A DNA stretch of 62,939 nt, filler included, from Reclinomonas americana ATCC 50394 (taxonomy: Eukaryota): NCBI GenBank assembly GCA_048213135.1. It is 6 parts of 6 records of this genome, joined end to end, with 100 filler letters (N's around TTAATTAATTAA, not from the genome) between each part and the next. Parts side by side here need not be neighbours in the genome. Positions count along the whole stretch, not along the records: positions 33,214 to 53,134 come from AFZH01016937.1; positions 53,235 to 57,649 come from AFZH01016938.1; positions 57,750 to 61,577 come from AFZH01016939.1; positions 61,678 to 62,939 come from AFZH01016948.1; 2 more parts are not named here. One strand, given 5' to 3'. The position numbers and the translations under genes are program-made. Of the stretch, positions 51,489 through 62,939 are shown piece after piece (the stretch's first letter is position 1; the number at the start of each line of letters is the position of its first letter). Under the pieces are notes generated by a model. That model was not told the DNA's origin. It saw nothing but the letters and a program-made list of their open reading frames with translations, and did no database searches.

Positions 51489-53134
51489 TCACTGGTACTG
51501 CTGGCTGAGCCACGCCACAATGATCTCATAATACAGGTCGACCGAGTGGAAGCCGACGCTGACCTCCACATCATCTAGCGTGTACACCGGTCGGAAGAGC
51601 CGTCGTTCCTGCTTCCAGTCCACCAGCGAATCGCGCTGCAAGTAGTGCAGTACCTGACCAGGCGGCAGATACCGATGGGCGGCGTCGTTGACCGGCATCG
51701 GCATCAAATCGCTCGTCGCGATGAGCGGACCCAGCAAGCGGCTGACGCTGTCCACTGTGCACAAGAGACACTTTCAGTAGGGAACACGTGGCACTGATTC
51801 ACCAAGAAACACAAACTTGTCTGGCCACGCAGGCGCGCGAGGACGAGACTCTCTGGTGAGAGGTGCGGCAGCGGGTCGTCGTGCAGCAACACGGTGGTCA
51901 TCATGTCCTGGTAGGGCTGCGCACGCAAACGAGGTGAGTGCTTCTGTCTTTTGCCGCTGGCTTCGACCTTGTTCTGCACGCAACAGCATCGGCCGAGGCA
52001 CAGGGAGGCGGACCGAAGCTATACACATGTACGTCCACCGTGTCTTGCATGCCTGTGCACACATGCATGCTGTGAGCTATGTGAGACCGCGCGCGGAATG
52101 TCGTACGACCGCACTACGCAGCATTCCTTGGTCATGATGCAGAGCAGCGAGGCCACCGCGCCGCCGACTCCGTGTCCACACATACACACACGGCGACGCG
52201 AGCGAGCTGCCGTGCGGATGGTGCGCTGCATCCACACGACAAAGGGCATGAGCGATGAAACGGGGAGCCGCAACGGAGCAGCGCACGAACCTCCAGACGA
52301 CTCCAAAAGTACTTGGCACGCAGCCACAGTCCCGACGGATAGTAGGGGCCTGTGTCGCACGCACTCGTTCGTTGGATGAGTCTCTGGCAACGCGCACACA
52401 CACATGTGCACGAAATTCTACAAAACGAACCAGGGTCGCCTTGGCCGGGATACGGGTCGTACGGCGCACAGCGTGACAGCAGCTCCTTGGCGCACTCGCC
52501 GTAGGAGCGCGACTCTGGAATCACGATGAAGAGCGCGTTGATCGCGTCAACGTTCTCCACCATGCACTCCACCTCGCTCGGCAAGCGTGGCCCTGCGTCT
52601 TGCTGCTGGCACACACGCGCGAGTGTGATGGCGGTGAGCAGTTCGTCCTACATGCACCATCATGCGCGGGAGTGAGCAGCCAGACACGATACGACAGTAT
52701 GCAGAATCAAGACGCAAGCAGCGCACATGTGGCAGCGCGACGAGATCGGTCGACACGGGCGCCACGTCGGCCAGTCGCCACCACAACACCTTGTTGAGGC
52801 GTTGCTGCAGGCTCTCGGCCTCGGTCGTCACATCCGTGTGCTTGGCGGGTATGCGGATGGGAGCCCAAAATGTGGCACCCGGCTGTGCACAGAAAAGTGA
52901 GAAACAGTCGAGCTCAACAAGGAAGTGTGTCTCGTCGCTGCGCAACATCGCCATTGGCGTGGAACCAGATGCGCGAATCTCGTTCGCCAATGACCAGCGC
53001 CGGTCCGAGTGGCGTCTGCATCAATGCTCGCGGTTCAGAGAACAGCCCCATACCGTCCGTTCACCCAGCACGCAACATCAACGGTGGTGAACGACTCGGG
53101 AATGCGACGGAACACGGCCAGTTGCCGGTCGAAC
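51489..53134 (-). CDS. Lipase class 3 (DAG-lipase-like) protein lacking the catalytic serine; 5' end in gap
   Basis: CGHGVGGAVASL, VYSFGPPPC, VLLHDDPLPHLS, YLPPGQVLHY, FHSVDLY. Confidence 0.75.
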
Positions 53135-53234
53135 NNNNNNNNNNNNNNNNNNNNNNNNNNNNNNNNNNNNNNNNNNNNTTAATTAATTAANNNNNNNNNN
53201 NNNNNNNNNNNNNNNNNNNNNNNNNNNNNNNNNN
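53135..53234. other. Artificial scaffold spacer
   Basis: N44-TTAATTAATTAA-N44. Confidence 0.98.
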
Positions 53235-55382
53235 GAAACAGAGAGCTATTGAGGCGCTTCAAGGACTGTATCGAATGGCGCCGAGACGATGGCTTCCAAC
53301 CACTTCATGTGGCAACTGCATCCTCGGCACATCAGGTGGCGTTGACACTCTTTATTCTCTCCATCTCACGCCTCTCTGCCTACAATGACGACGTGCGTGC
53401 AGTGTGTGGCAACATTGCTCGAGTTTGGTGCAAATGTCGACGCTGAAGATGCTCAGGGCGATACACCAGTATCGTTCTCGGTCGAGCTGGGCGACGAGCG
53501 AATGTTTGGAATGCTCTCTGCCAGAAGTGCGTGTTTGTCGAGTGACTGACCGCACAGTTGTCTTCACGACTACTCATGGTGATGTTCCGGCACACAGGTC
53601 AGCGTCTGTACGAACGCGACAACTCGCAGGAAACACTGCTCCATGAAGCTGTGGCTTCGGGCAGCCTTGGAATCGTGCAACGACTTCTGAGTGGATTCAA
53701 ACGAAGCGAAAGTTTCAAGACAGTTCACGACTTTGTGATGGCGGGCGATGAGGACAACGTGACAGTGTTGCACTCGGCTATGTATGCGGCGTTGCGTAAT
53801 TCGTGCTGATGTGCGCGTATATCGTTGCCGATTGCTGACCGATCGGCTGAGGGCGCGCAGGCGGACGCTAAAGGTGAACAGCGGGCGCACACATCGATTA
53901 ACCGAGGCTCCACTGTCGCCGCGTAGCCGACAGTCGTTGTCGGTGCGATCTGGATCTCCGCTCTCGTCACCTTTGGACGAATCAACGACCAGCGAGGACA
54001 CGGATGGTGAGTGCACAGCTCGCTCTGTTACTTTCGGTCGCTCATCACACTGGCACAGGTGCTGAAGGACTGTACAAGGTGGACGTGGATCCTCCGCAAC
54101 CCGAAGATGTCGAAAGACAGATAGAACTGTTGCGCGCTCTGTGGACAGGTGGACGATGTGGACCGGCAGATGTGAGTCAGAAGCACCGATCCACGTTTGT
54201 TGTCGTTCAATAGCGGATACTGATACTGCGCGCGTGTCTTCTCCTGCGTGTATGTTGTGTGACAGCTGTTGCATGCCGATAACAGCGGCAGTCTGCCTAT
54301 CCACTACGCAGCCAAGGCAGGCGATGCAGCTTCTGTGGAGTTCATGCTGGTCACGGGGCGACTGAACCCCGATGTTTGCATGATGGAGCCGGCAAGAGTC
54401 GGGGCGACTCCGCTGGGCATCGCGGCTGCGTCGCGACACGCAGAAGTCGTGCATGTGCTACTGCGGAATCGTGCTGGCGTGGATGTGCCAGATGCTTTGG
54501 GTCGACGTCCTCTGTACCTGGCGTGCAAGTCTGGTGCGTCTGCCGTATGCTCGCTGTGAGGTTGAGCTGCCTGCCTGCCTGTCTCATGTCCGTGCACGTG
54601 TGCAGGAGCAATTGAGTGCGTGCGATTGTTGCTCGAGGCCGGTGCCGCAATTGATGAGATCGTGTCTCTGAAGAAAGGCGGAGAGTTGACGGCAGTCGAT
54701 GCCTGTGTGGAAAGCCGGCATCCGAACGAGGCCAACGAGTGCCTCGAGTTGATGCTGAGGCAAGGTGAGATGCGAAGTGCGAGAGAGTTACGCACGTGCT
54801 CAAACTCAATTAGCGAGTGTTTTTCTTTTGGTACTACAAGGTGTACCACCAAGCATTTGGGCCCGAGTCATGCATGCCGACACTGGAAAAATCGCTGAAG
54901 ACGTTAAGAGGACGGTGCTCTACCCCCGGGAAGGTGCACATGATCTTGTGAACGAGATTGAGGTACGTGGCTGTGTTGTACGCATGTGTATATTGCGACG
55001 GCTAATCAGATAGGCCCAGGCGAGATTCCAGCCGGCACCGGCTGAAGCCCAGGTGGCACCGGCTGAAGCTCAGGCGGCACCGGCTGAAGCTCAGGCGGCA
55101 CCGGCTGAAGCTCAGGCGGCACCGGCTGAAGCTCAGGCGGCACCGGCTGAAGCCCAGCCAGCACCGGTGATACCCCCGCCGGCTCCACCTTGCCCAACAG
55201 AGCCGGATTCGGACCGCCCGATTACAGCGGTGATAGTCGACAACTACTACTGGTGGTTTGTCCTGTTGTCTATCCTCACCATCATTCTTGCGTTGGTACT
55301 TTTTGCATGTCGGCCATACATTCGCGGGTACACCTCCGCAGTCGTTCCAGACACTTTTTTGCCACCAAATTATGACACTTGA
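53235..55382 (+). CDS. Ankyrin-repeat protein with APAEAQA repeat and C-terminal TM anchor; 5' end in gap
   Basis: GFQPLHVA, LLEFGANVDAEDAQGDTP, GSLPIHYAA, GATPLGIAA, GRRPLYLAC; last exon joined by a GT-AG intron starting at 54964; TM WWFVLLSILTIILALVLFAC. Confidence 0.85.
55034..55159 (+). repeat. Coding 21-bp tandem repeat x6
   Basis: GGCACCGGCTGAAGCTCAGGC unit encoding APAEAQA. Confidence 0.95.
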
Positions 55383-55568
55383 CCGAGCGTACCCTATAGT
55401 GCTTCTTTATCTCGTGAGAGTGAGGAAGAACTCGTTGCTGTGGTTATCACGGACACGAACATTTCTTCTTCATTCTTTTGGTGCGGTGGTTTTTTTACCT
55501 TCTGTTTTTTGTGCGTGTGGGAGGGTGTAATGATCTGTCGTGTAAAGCACAATATGTGAAATGCGGTC

Positions 55569-57568
<2,000 letters not shown>

Positions 57569-57649
57569 ACACGGAAGAGACACGCACACACAGATCACAC
57601 ACAAACGCACTCGCATGTGAGAAGAACAGAGGGGCGCGACAAGAACAAT

Positions 57650-57749
57650 NNNNNNNNNNNNNNNNNNNNNNNNNNNNNNNNNNNNNNNNNNNNTTAATTA
57701 ATTAANNNNNNNNNNNNNNNNNNNNNNNNNNNNNNNNNNNNNNNNNNNN
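57650..57749. other. Artificial scaffold spacer
   Basis: N44-TTAATTAATTAA-N44. Confidence 0.98.
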
Positions 57750-58106
57750 AGAATGAGGAACGGAAGAGGGTGTTGATCAACCACGTCACACATGCGCGGT
57801 GCGCTCACACGAATCAATGACACGTACACATGCACGCGTGAGACGATCCTCACTCAGAGGAGGGTGAAGAGAGAGAGAGAGGAAGAGAGCAAAGAGTGCG
57901 AGAATGTGACGCAGATGGGCGCGAAAATCAATCACAACGAGAATGCAGCGCACACAGGCACAGGCAAACAACGAGACGCACATGCACACGCGCACGCGCA
58001 GCAATGTTCACTCGGAGGAAAAAGAAGAGAGGGGAGAGAGAGAGGAGAGAGAATTCGAAGGAATCATTTCTGCGATCAATGCACACACTGCAAGAAGAAA
58101 TCTTTC

Positions 58107-58137
<31 letters not shown>

Positions 58138-58496
58138 TTCTTTCTCTCTCTCTCTCTCTCACAACAACAACAACACCTTTCATGCAACAACGAATCGAAC
58201 ATGAGTCCTTTTCGCCTCCCGCGTCCCTCTCTCCCTCGCTCGCGCATTCTCTCACGCCCCGCACTCTCTTCCTCACTCATCCATGACACGTGACACAGCA
58301 GGCGACCATCAAAACACGGGCGTGCTGCAGAAATAAAAGAAAGAGACGGCGGATGTCCTGCATGACATTGATCTCCGGTCACGCACAGCACAACGTACAC
58401 CGCCGCGAGAACAAGCCTACCGTGTGTGAGACGCGTGAGCAACAAGGTACATCGTGCTGAAGAGCGAGAAAAGAAACAAAGAACTGCGACGAGAAG

Positions 58497-61400
58497 ATGT
58501 CGGTGAGTTGTTGATTGAGTGGGGGACGCGTGTTGTTCGCTTGCTTCTCCTTGTCTTCTCTCTCTCTCATCGCTTGTCACTTACCGTCCTTGTGGGCGTG
58601 GGACAGTTCTCTGTGAATGTGAGTGCGGCGCATGATTCATCGCTGTCGGTGGTGGTGGAGGGCATGACGGCCATGTCCACACTCGCGGACTTGCTGTGCG
58701 AGGCCACTCGCTTGCTGCGTGAGAAGAGTGGAGATGGGGAGATGGAGATTGTCGGAGTGGAGAAGCCTGTACCATACAAGATCGCCAAGGTTGGCGGAAT
58801 GGAGCTGGAGGATCTGGGCATCAACTTATCCACTCATCTTGTTGTCCGTCTGACACTTGGCGTGGCGCTGCAGTCGACTGGAGGCAGTGGGAGTGAGAGT
58901 GGAAGGTATGCGTGCGAATCATCCCTCTGTGCAAAGCGTACATCTCACTCGCATGTCTCCGCACAGCAATTCAGAGCGAGTGACTCGGTTTGTTTTGCTT
59001 GCCGTTGTCATCCTTCTCTCTTCCTTGTTCTTCCACTCGAAGAGAGTCTGTGCTGACTGTGTCTTCCACGCACGCAGCATGATCAACTCGCAGCGCATCC
59101 ACATGGCCTTTGAGGTGGTGGAAGAGGCCGTGCGTCTGCGCTGTCAACGTGCACTGGCCCAGTTCAGTCGCGATCATTTCGACTTTGATGTGCGGGCGTG
59201 GGCAGTGGACCTTTGGTCTCCACGAATGCAGCCAAGTGACGGGAAGATATGGCGTGAGCGACATGCACCAATCAAGGGATGGCAGGTCAGAGTTTACAAA
59301 GAGGCTCAGCCGCAGCTGATAAGCTTGCGTGCTGCCTTCGACTCCGATCCAACATCCGACCCTCCATGCGACGGTTTCGACACAACGGCACTCGCCTCCA
59401 TCATGCTGTATGGTGGGTTTGTTCAGGATGGCGGTCGCAAGCTGTTGCTCATTGACGATGCGGACGAACGCAGTGCTGTGGAGGAACTGAATGACGTGAG
59501 GAAGGGGATGGCGCACGGCTCGTTGGGGTTTTCTGATGTCACTGTGCAGCAGTACCTTGGTGACCGTGGTGTTTTCCTCTCCATCCTCTCTCGACTGCAG
59601 TTGACGGCTGACGAGCGTGCTCGATTCACTGCTCGTATCTGCGAGGCACGTCACGCTCGTCACATCGTGGACACATTCGAGGAACGACTTCATCGACTGG
59701 CGGTGCGTGAGCTGTCTTTCTACCAGCACGATGAGAGTGTGCGCAAGGACATGCAGATGTATGTGCCGCTGTTGTGTTCCCGTGATCGCGACGTCTCCTC
59801 GAGAGACAAGATGACGGATCTGTTGACGGAGGTGGATGCCTTCCTCGCCGACAGCAACTCCACCCAACGTGTACTGGTGCTCTTTGGCAACAGCGGAGCC
59901 GGCAAGACCACCACCATGTCGGTGCTGGCCGAGCGAGCTTGGCGACAGTGGCAGACAAGGGAAAGCAGACGAGTGCCTGTGCGTGTGCCTCTTGGTGCTC
60001 TGCGCAATGCTGATGAGCGATTGTTGGAGGAGGCACTGGAGCGACTGTCACCCGAGTTGGGATTCAGCGAGGGGGATGTGCGACGGTTGAAGGAGGAACC
60101 GCTTCTGTTGTTGCTCGACGGATACGACGAGTTGTACCGTGGTGTGAATCTGTTTGTCAAGAACCAGCTGGATGTGTGTCGCGATGTGAAGGCGATTATC
60201 ACCTGTCGTGAGGATTACGCTCTGACGGCACTGGGTGGAGCGGCGCAGTATCGACGGTACTTTGCTCCGGTGGATGCACGCGGACAGTTGTGCATGCAGC
60301 AGCTGATGGAACGGCACATTGCACCGTTCAACAAGGAGCAAATTGTGCGGTATCTGTTGCTACTTGTGCAAGATGGTGATGATGATGATGACGATGATGA
60401 AGTGCGATGGTCGACTGTTGCTGATTACATTCATGCATTGAAGAGTGTGCATGGACTGGATGCACTGGTGTCGAATCCGTTCCTGCTGGCAGTGGTGGCT
60501 CGTGTGTTGCCGCAGTTGGTTGCGAGTGATGTGCAACGACCAACTCGGTGTGATGTGTTTGACCGATTCATACGACAGTGGATTGTGAGGGAGCAGGAGA
60601 GGCAGACACGTATTGGTGCAGAGCGTGTGCCAAGTGAGGAGACGTGTCTGGCATTCTGTGAGGGACTGGCGCGGTTGATGCATGAGAGGAATGCGGTCCG
60701 TGTGTCTGTGACGGAGAGTCGGTCAAGCGATGTTGGAGAGGAGGAAGACTTTGGCGGTGCCCCACTTTCCGTCCGACGAGTGGAAGAGGGACCGTTTGAC
60801 AAGTTCCTCGGTCACAGGAACCAATATGTACGAGTGTGTTGTCCGATTGTGCGACGGTATGGGACGACGGAGTGGGGATTCGTGCATCTGTCGTTGCTGG
60901 AGCACTGTGTGGCACGTCATGTGTTTGCGTGGGAGACGTGGGATGAGGAGAGGCAGTTGACGATACAAGATGTGCAGCAGCATGTGCTGGCAGTGCGACT
61001 GCTGAATGATCGACCGTCATTGGTGGAGCAGATGGCCGAGGTGGTGCGACGGTCTCCTCGATTACAAGCAAGGCTGTGGGCGGTGATTGAGATGTCACGG
61101 GAGGTGGATGAGGAGCGAGTGGTGACGGCAGCAGCGAATGCGGCGACGGTGTTGTGTGTGGCACAGGTGTCGTTCAGTGGGCGGGATCTGTCGGGTGTGC
61201 GAGTGAGGGGTGCGGATTTGAGGGATGCTGTGATGCATAGGACGGTGTGGAGAGGAGCGGATATGCGTGGGGTTAATGTATGCATGGCGTATGCGAGGGA
61301 GGCGGATTTCAGGGAAGCGGACGTCACGGGTGCGAAGTGGCCGACTGACCTTGTTAAAAATCATGAAGGTCCAGTGTTTTCTGTCGCGGTTGCTCTTGAT

Positions 61401-61577
61401 GGTCAGTACATTGTATCCAGTAATGTGAAGATGCACTGCGACAGTTGGTCATGCAAATCGGAGTCTCTACTTACATTTCGCGACTTGCGCAAGACACAAC
61501 TTTTGCCCCACACTCGGGTTAAGGGTCAAGGGCCCAGGAAGCCAACGGTCAAGAGCAAAGGGTCAAGGGTAGGGTGT
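58497..61577 (+). CDS. NLR-like STAND protein: ubiquitin-like domain, HEPN-like domain, NACHT, pentapeptide repeats, start of WD40; 3' end unresolved
   Basis: Walker A GNSGAGKTT (59886), Walker B LLLLDGYDE, ITCR, NPFLL, FVHLSLLEH, AAANAATVL, DLSGVRVRGADL, HEGPVFSVA; three 5' GT-AG introns keep frame from ATG 58497. Confidence 0.88.
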
Positions 61578-61677
61578 NNNNNNNNNNNNNNNNNNNNNNN
61601 NNNNNNNNNNNNNNNNNNNNNTTAATTAATTAANNNNNNNNNNNNNNNNNNNNNNNNNNNNNNNNNNNNNNNNNNNN
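61578..61677. other. Artificial scaffold spacer
   Basis: N44-TTAATTAATTAA-N44. Confidence 0.98.
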
Positions 61678-61814
61678 CCTCCTCCCCTTCCTCCTCCCCT
61701 TCCTCTTCCCCTCCTTCCGCCTCCTTCCCCTCCCTTCCCCCTTCTCTCCCCCTTCTCTCCCATTTCTCTCCCTTCCCTATTTTCTCACTTTCCCCCTCTT
61801 TCCCCACAAGTACA

Positions 61815-62800
61815 GACCAACGGCTCCACATGCTGCACCTCCTCCGACAGCCCCTGCATCAACCGCTTGCGCAACCCCCCGTCCGCCATGGCAGCGGCCA
61901 CCGTCAGCTTCATCAAGAGCAACCCCGACGACATTCGCATATTTGACTCGGCCGTGCGATAGATTGCCTTTAACGCTCCGGCGCGAGCGCCCGCCACTGA
62001 CTCGCCACTCTATGTGCAACTGATTGATGAGGTAGTGACTGGCGAGCAGGTGTACTCGTTGCGTGGCATCTGTTGCTCTTCATTACTCGTTGCGTGGCAT
62101 CTGTTGCTCTTCATCAACAAGCTCACGCACTGACTTTTTCTTGCGCCCACAGCCATTGGCTACACCGCGTGCTTGGCTCTGGTGGTGTTTTGCGCTCGCA
62201 TGGCGGGTTTCGCGCCTTACGCCTAGGTCGAGGCGCGGCGACAGCAGAAGAGCATCGCTGCTGTCGTCGCCGTTGTTGCTGACGCATCCAGTAAACACAA
62301 CGACTCGCATACGCAATACAATGTGGCACAAAAAAATAGTACAGCAAGAAGTCAACCCCCTACACCACACACGAGAGCGACGACACGCGCACGCCGGCTC
62401 CTCTTGACACTGGCCGCGCGGTCGACAACAGCGATGGTACATACGCGGCGGACTCGTCCCTGCCGCTGGCAGCCGAGTTCGCCGCCTCCTTGACGCGTAA
62501 CCTGGCCGGCACGGACGCCGTCGGTCGCGGCACATCGCCATCGTCGTCGCCCGACAGCAGCGCCTCGGCCAGGTGTCTCCGGGGCGGACTCTCGCTCGAG
62601 TCGTCCATGGACGGCGGCGGTTGCAGGGAAGCCGCAAGAGGTGTGGTCGGCGGCGACGAGGCGCGCGAGAGTCGACGTGCGGCCGCCTCGAACGGGAAGC
62701 TAATGTCTCGGGGTGGGGACGACATGTCGGCGTCGCTCAGCACTGGAGGTGGGGAGGTGAGTGGAATGGAGGAAGGGGAAGAGAGAGAGAGAGGAAAGGG
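61815..62800 (-). CDS. Internal exons of an unidentified gene (Ser/Pro-rich)
   Basis: Coding-like stretches (..DMSSPPRDISFPF.., ..GLRKRLMQGLSEEVQH..) bounded by intron-like sequence; frames not fully reconciled. Confidence 0.45.
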
Positions 62801-62939
62801 GGAGGGGCTCACCATCGCAGGTTGGGAGGGGGGCGAACTGCACGCTGGCGCGACTGGCACGCCGGCCAAAGATGGCCGGTGAGACGTTGCAGTTGTCGGT
62901 GCCGTGGGGGGAGGTGAGAAGGGAGAGGTGAGAGGGGGT

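Overview
Gene-dense, intron-rich (mostly ~55-90 nt GT-AG introns) nuclear DNA of an unidentified microbial eukaryote, in six contigs joined by five artificial N44-TTAATTAATTAA-N44 spacers. Hand-spliced models support about 22 protein genes: mS38, an 11-kb Pmp-repeat/multi-TM surface protein, TBC Rab-GAP, KIF-binding protein, a clan GH-D glycosidase, OST3/6, a DUF2415 WD40 protein, GST, a YHM2-like carrier, BRE, eIF3c, MAN1/Src1, RING-WD40, a KANSL2/INO80D-like protein, DPP3, a six-thioredoxin PDI, a TRIC channel, a lipase-3 pseudoenzyme, an ankyrin-TM protein, an NDR kinase, an NLR-like NACHT protein and two partial unknowns, plus tRNA-Glu(CUC). Main observations: (1) about 32 introns use a shifted 5' splice site GTTG(C/A)G(T), almost always after a non-G exon base; (2) an eIF3c intron holds an H/ACA-type hairpin matching LSU helix-69 Psi2258, followed by an unassigned structured domain; (3) a mostly intronless Ubl-HEPN-NACHT-pentapeptide-WD40 gene; (4) 8-15 nt microexons split active sites; (5) many intergenic spacers are only 44-130 bp. 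All exon boundaries and family calls are by eye, with no database searches.
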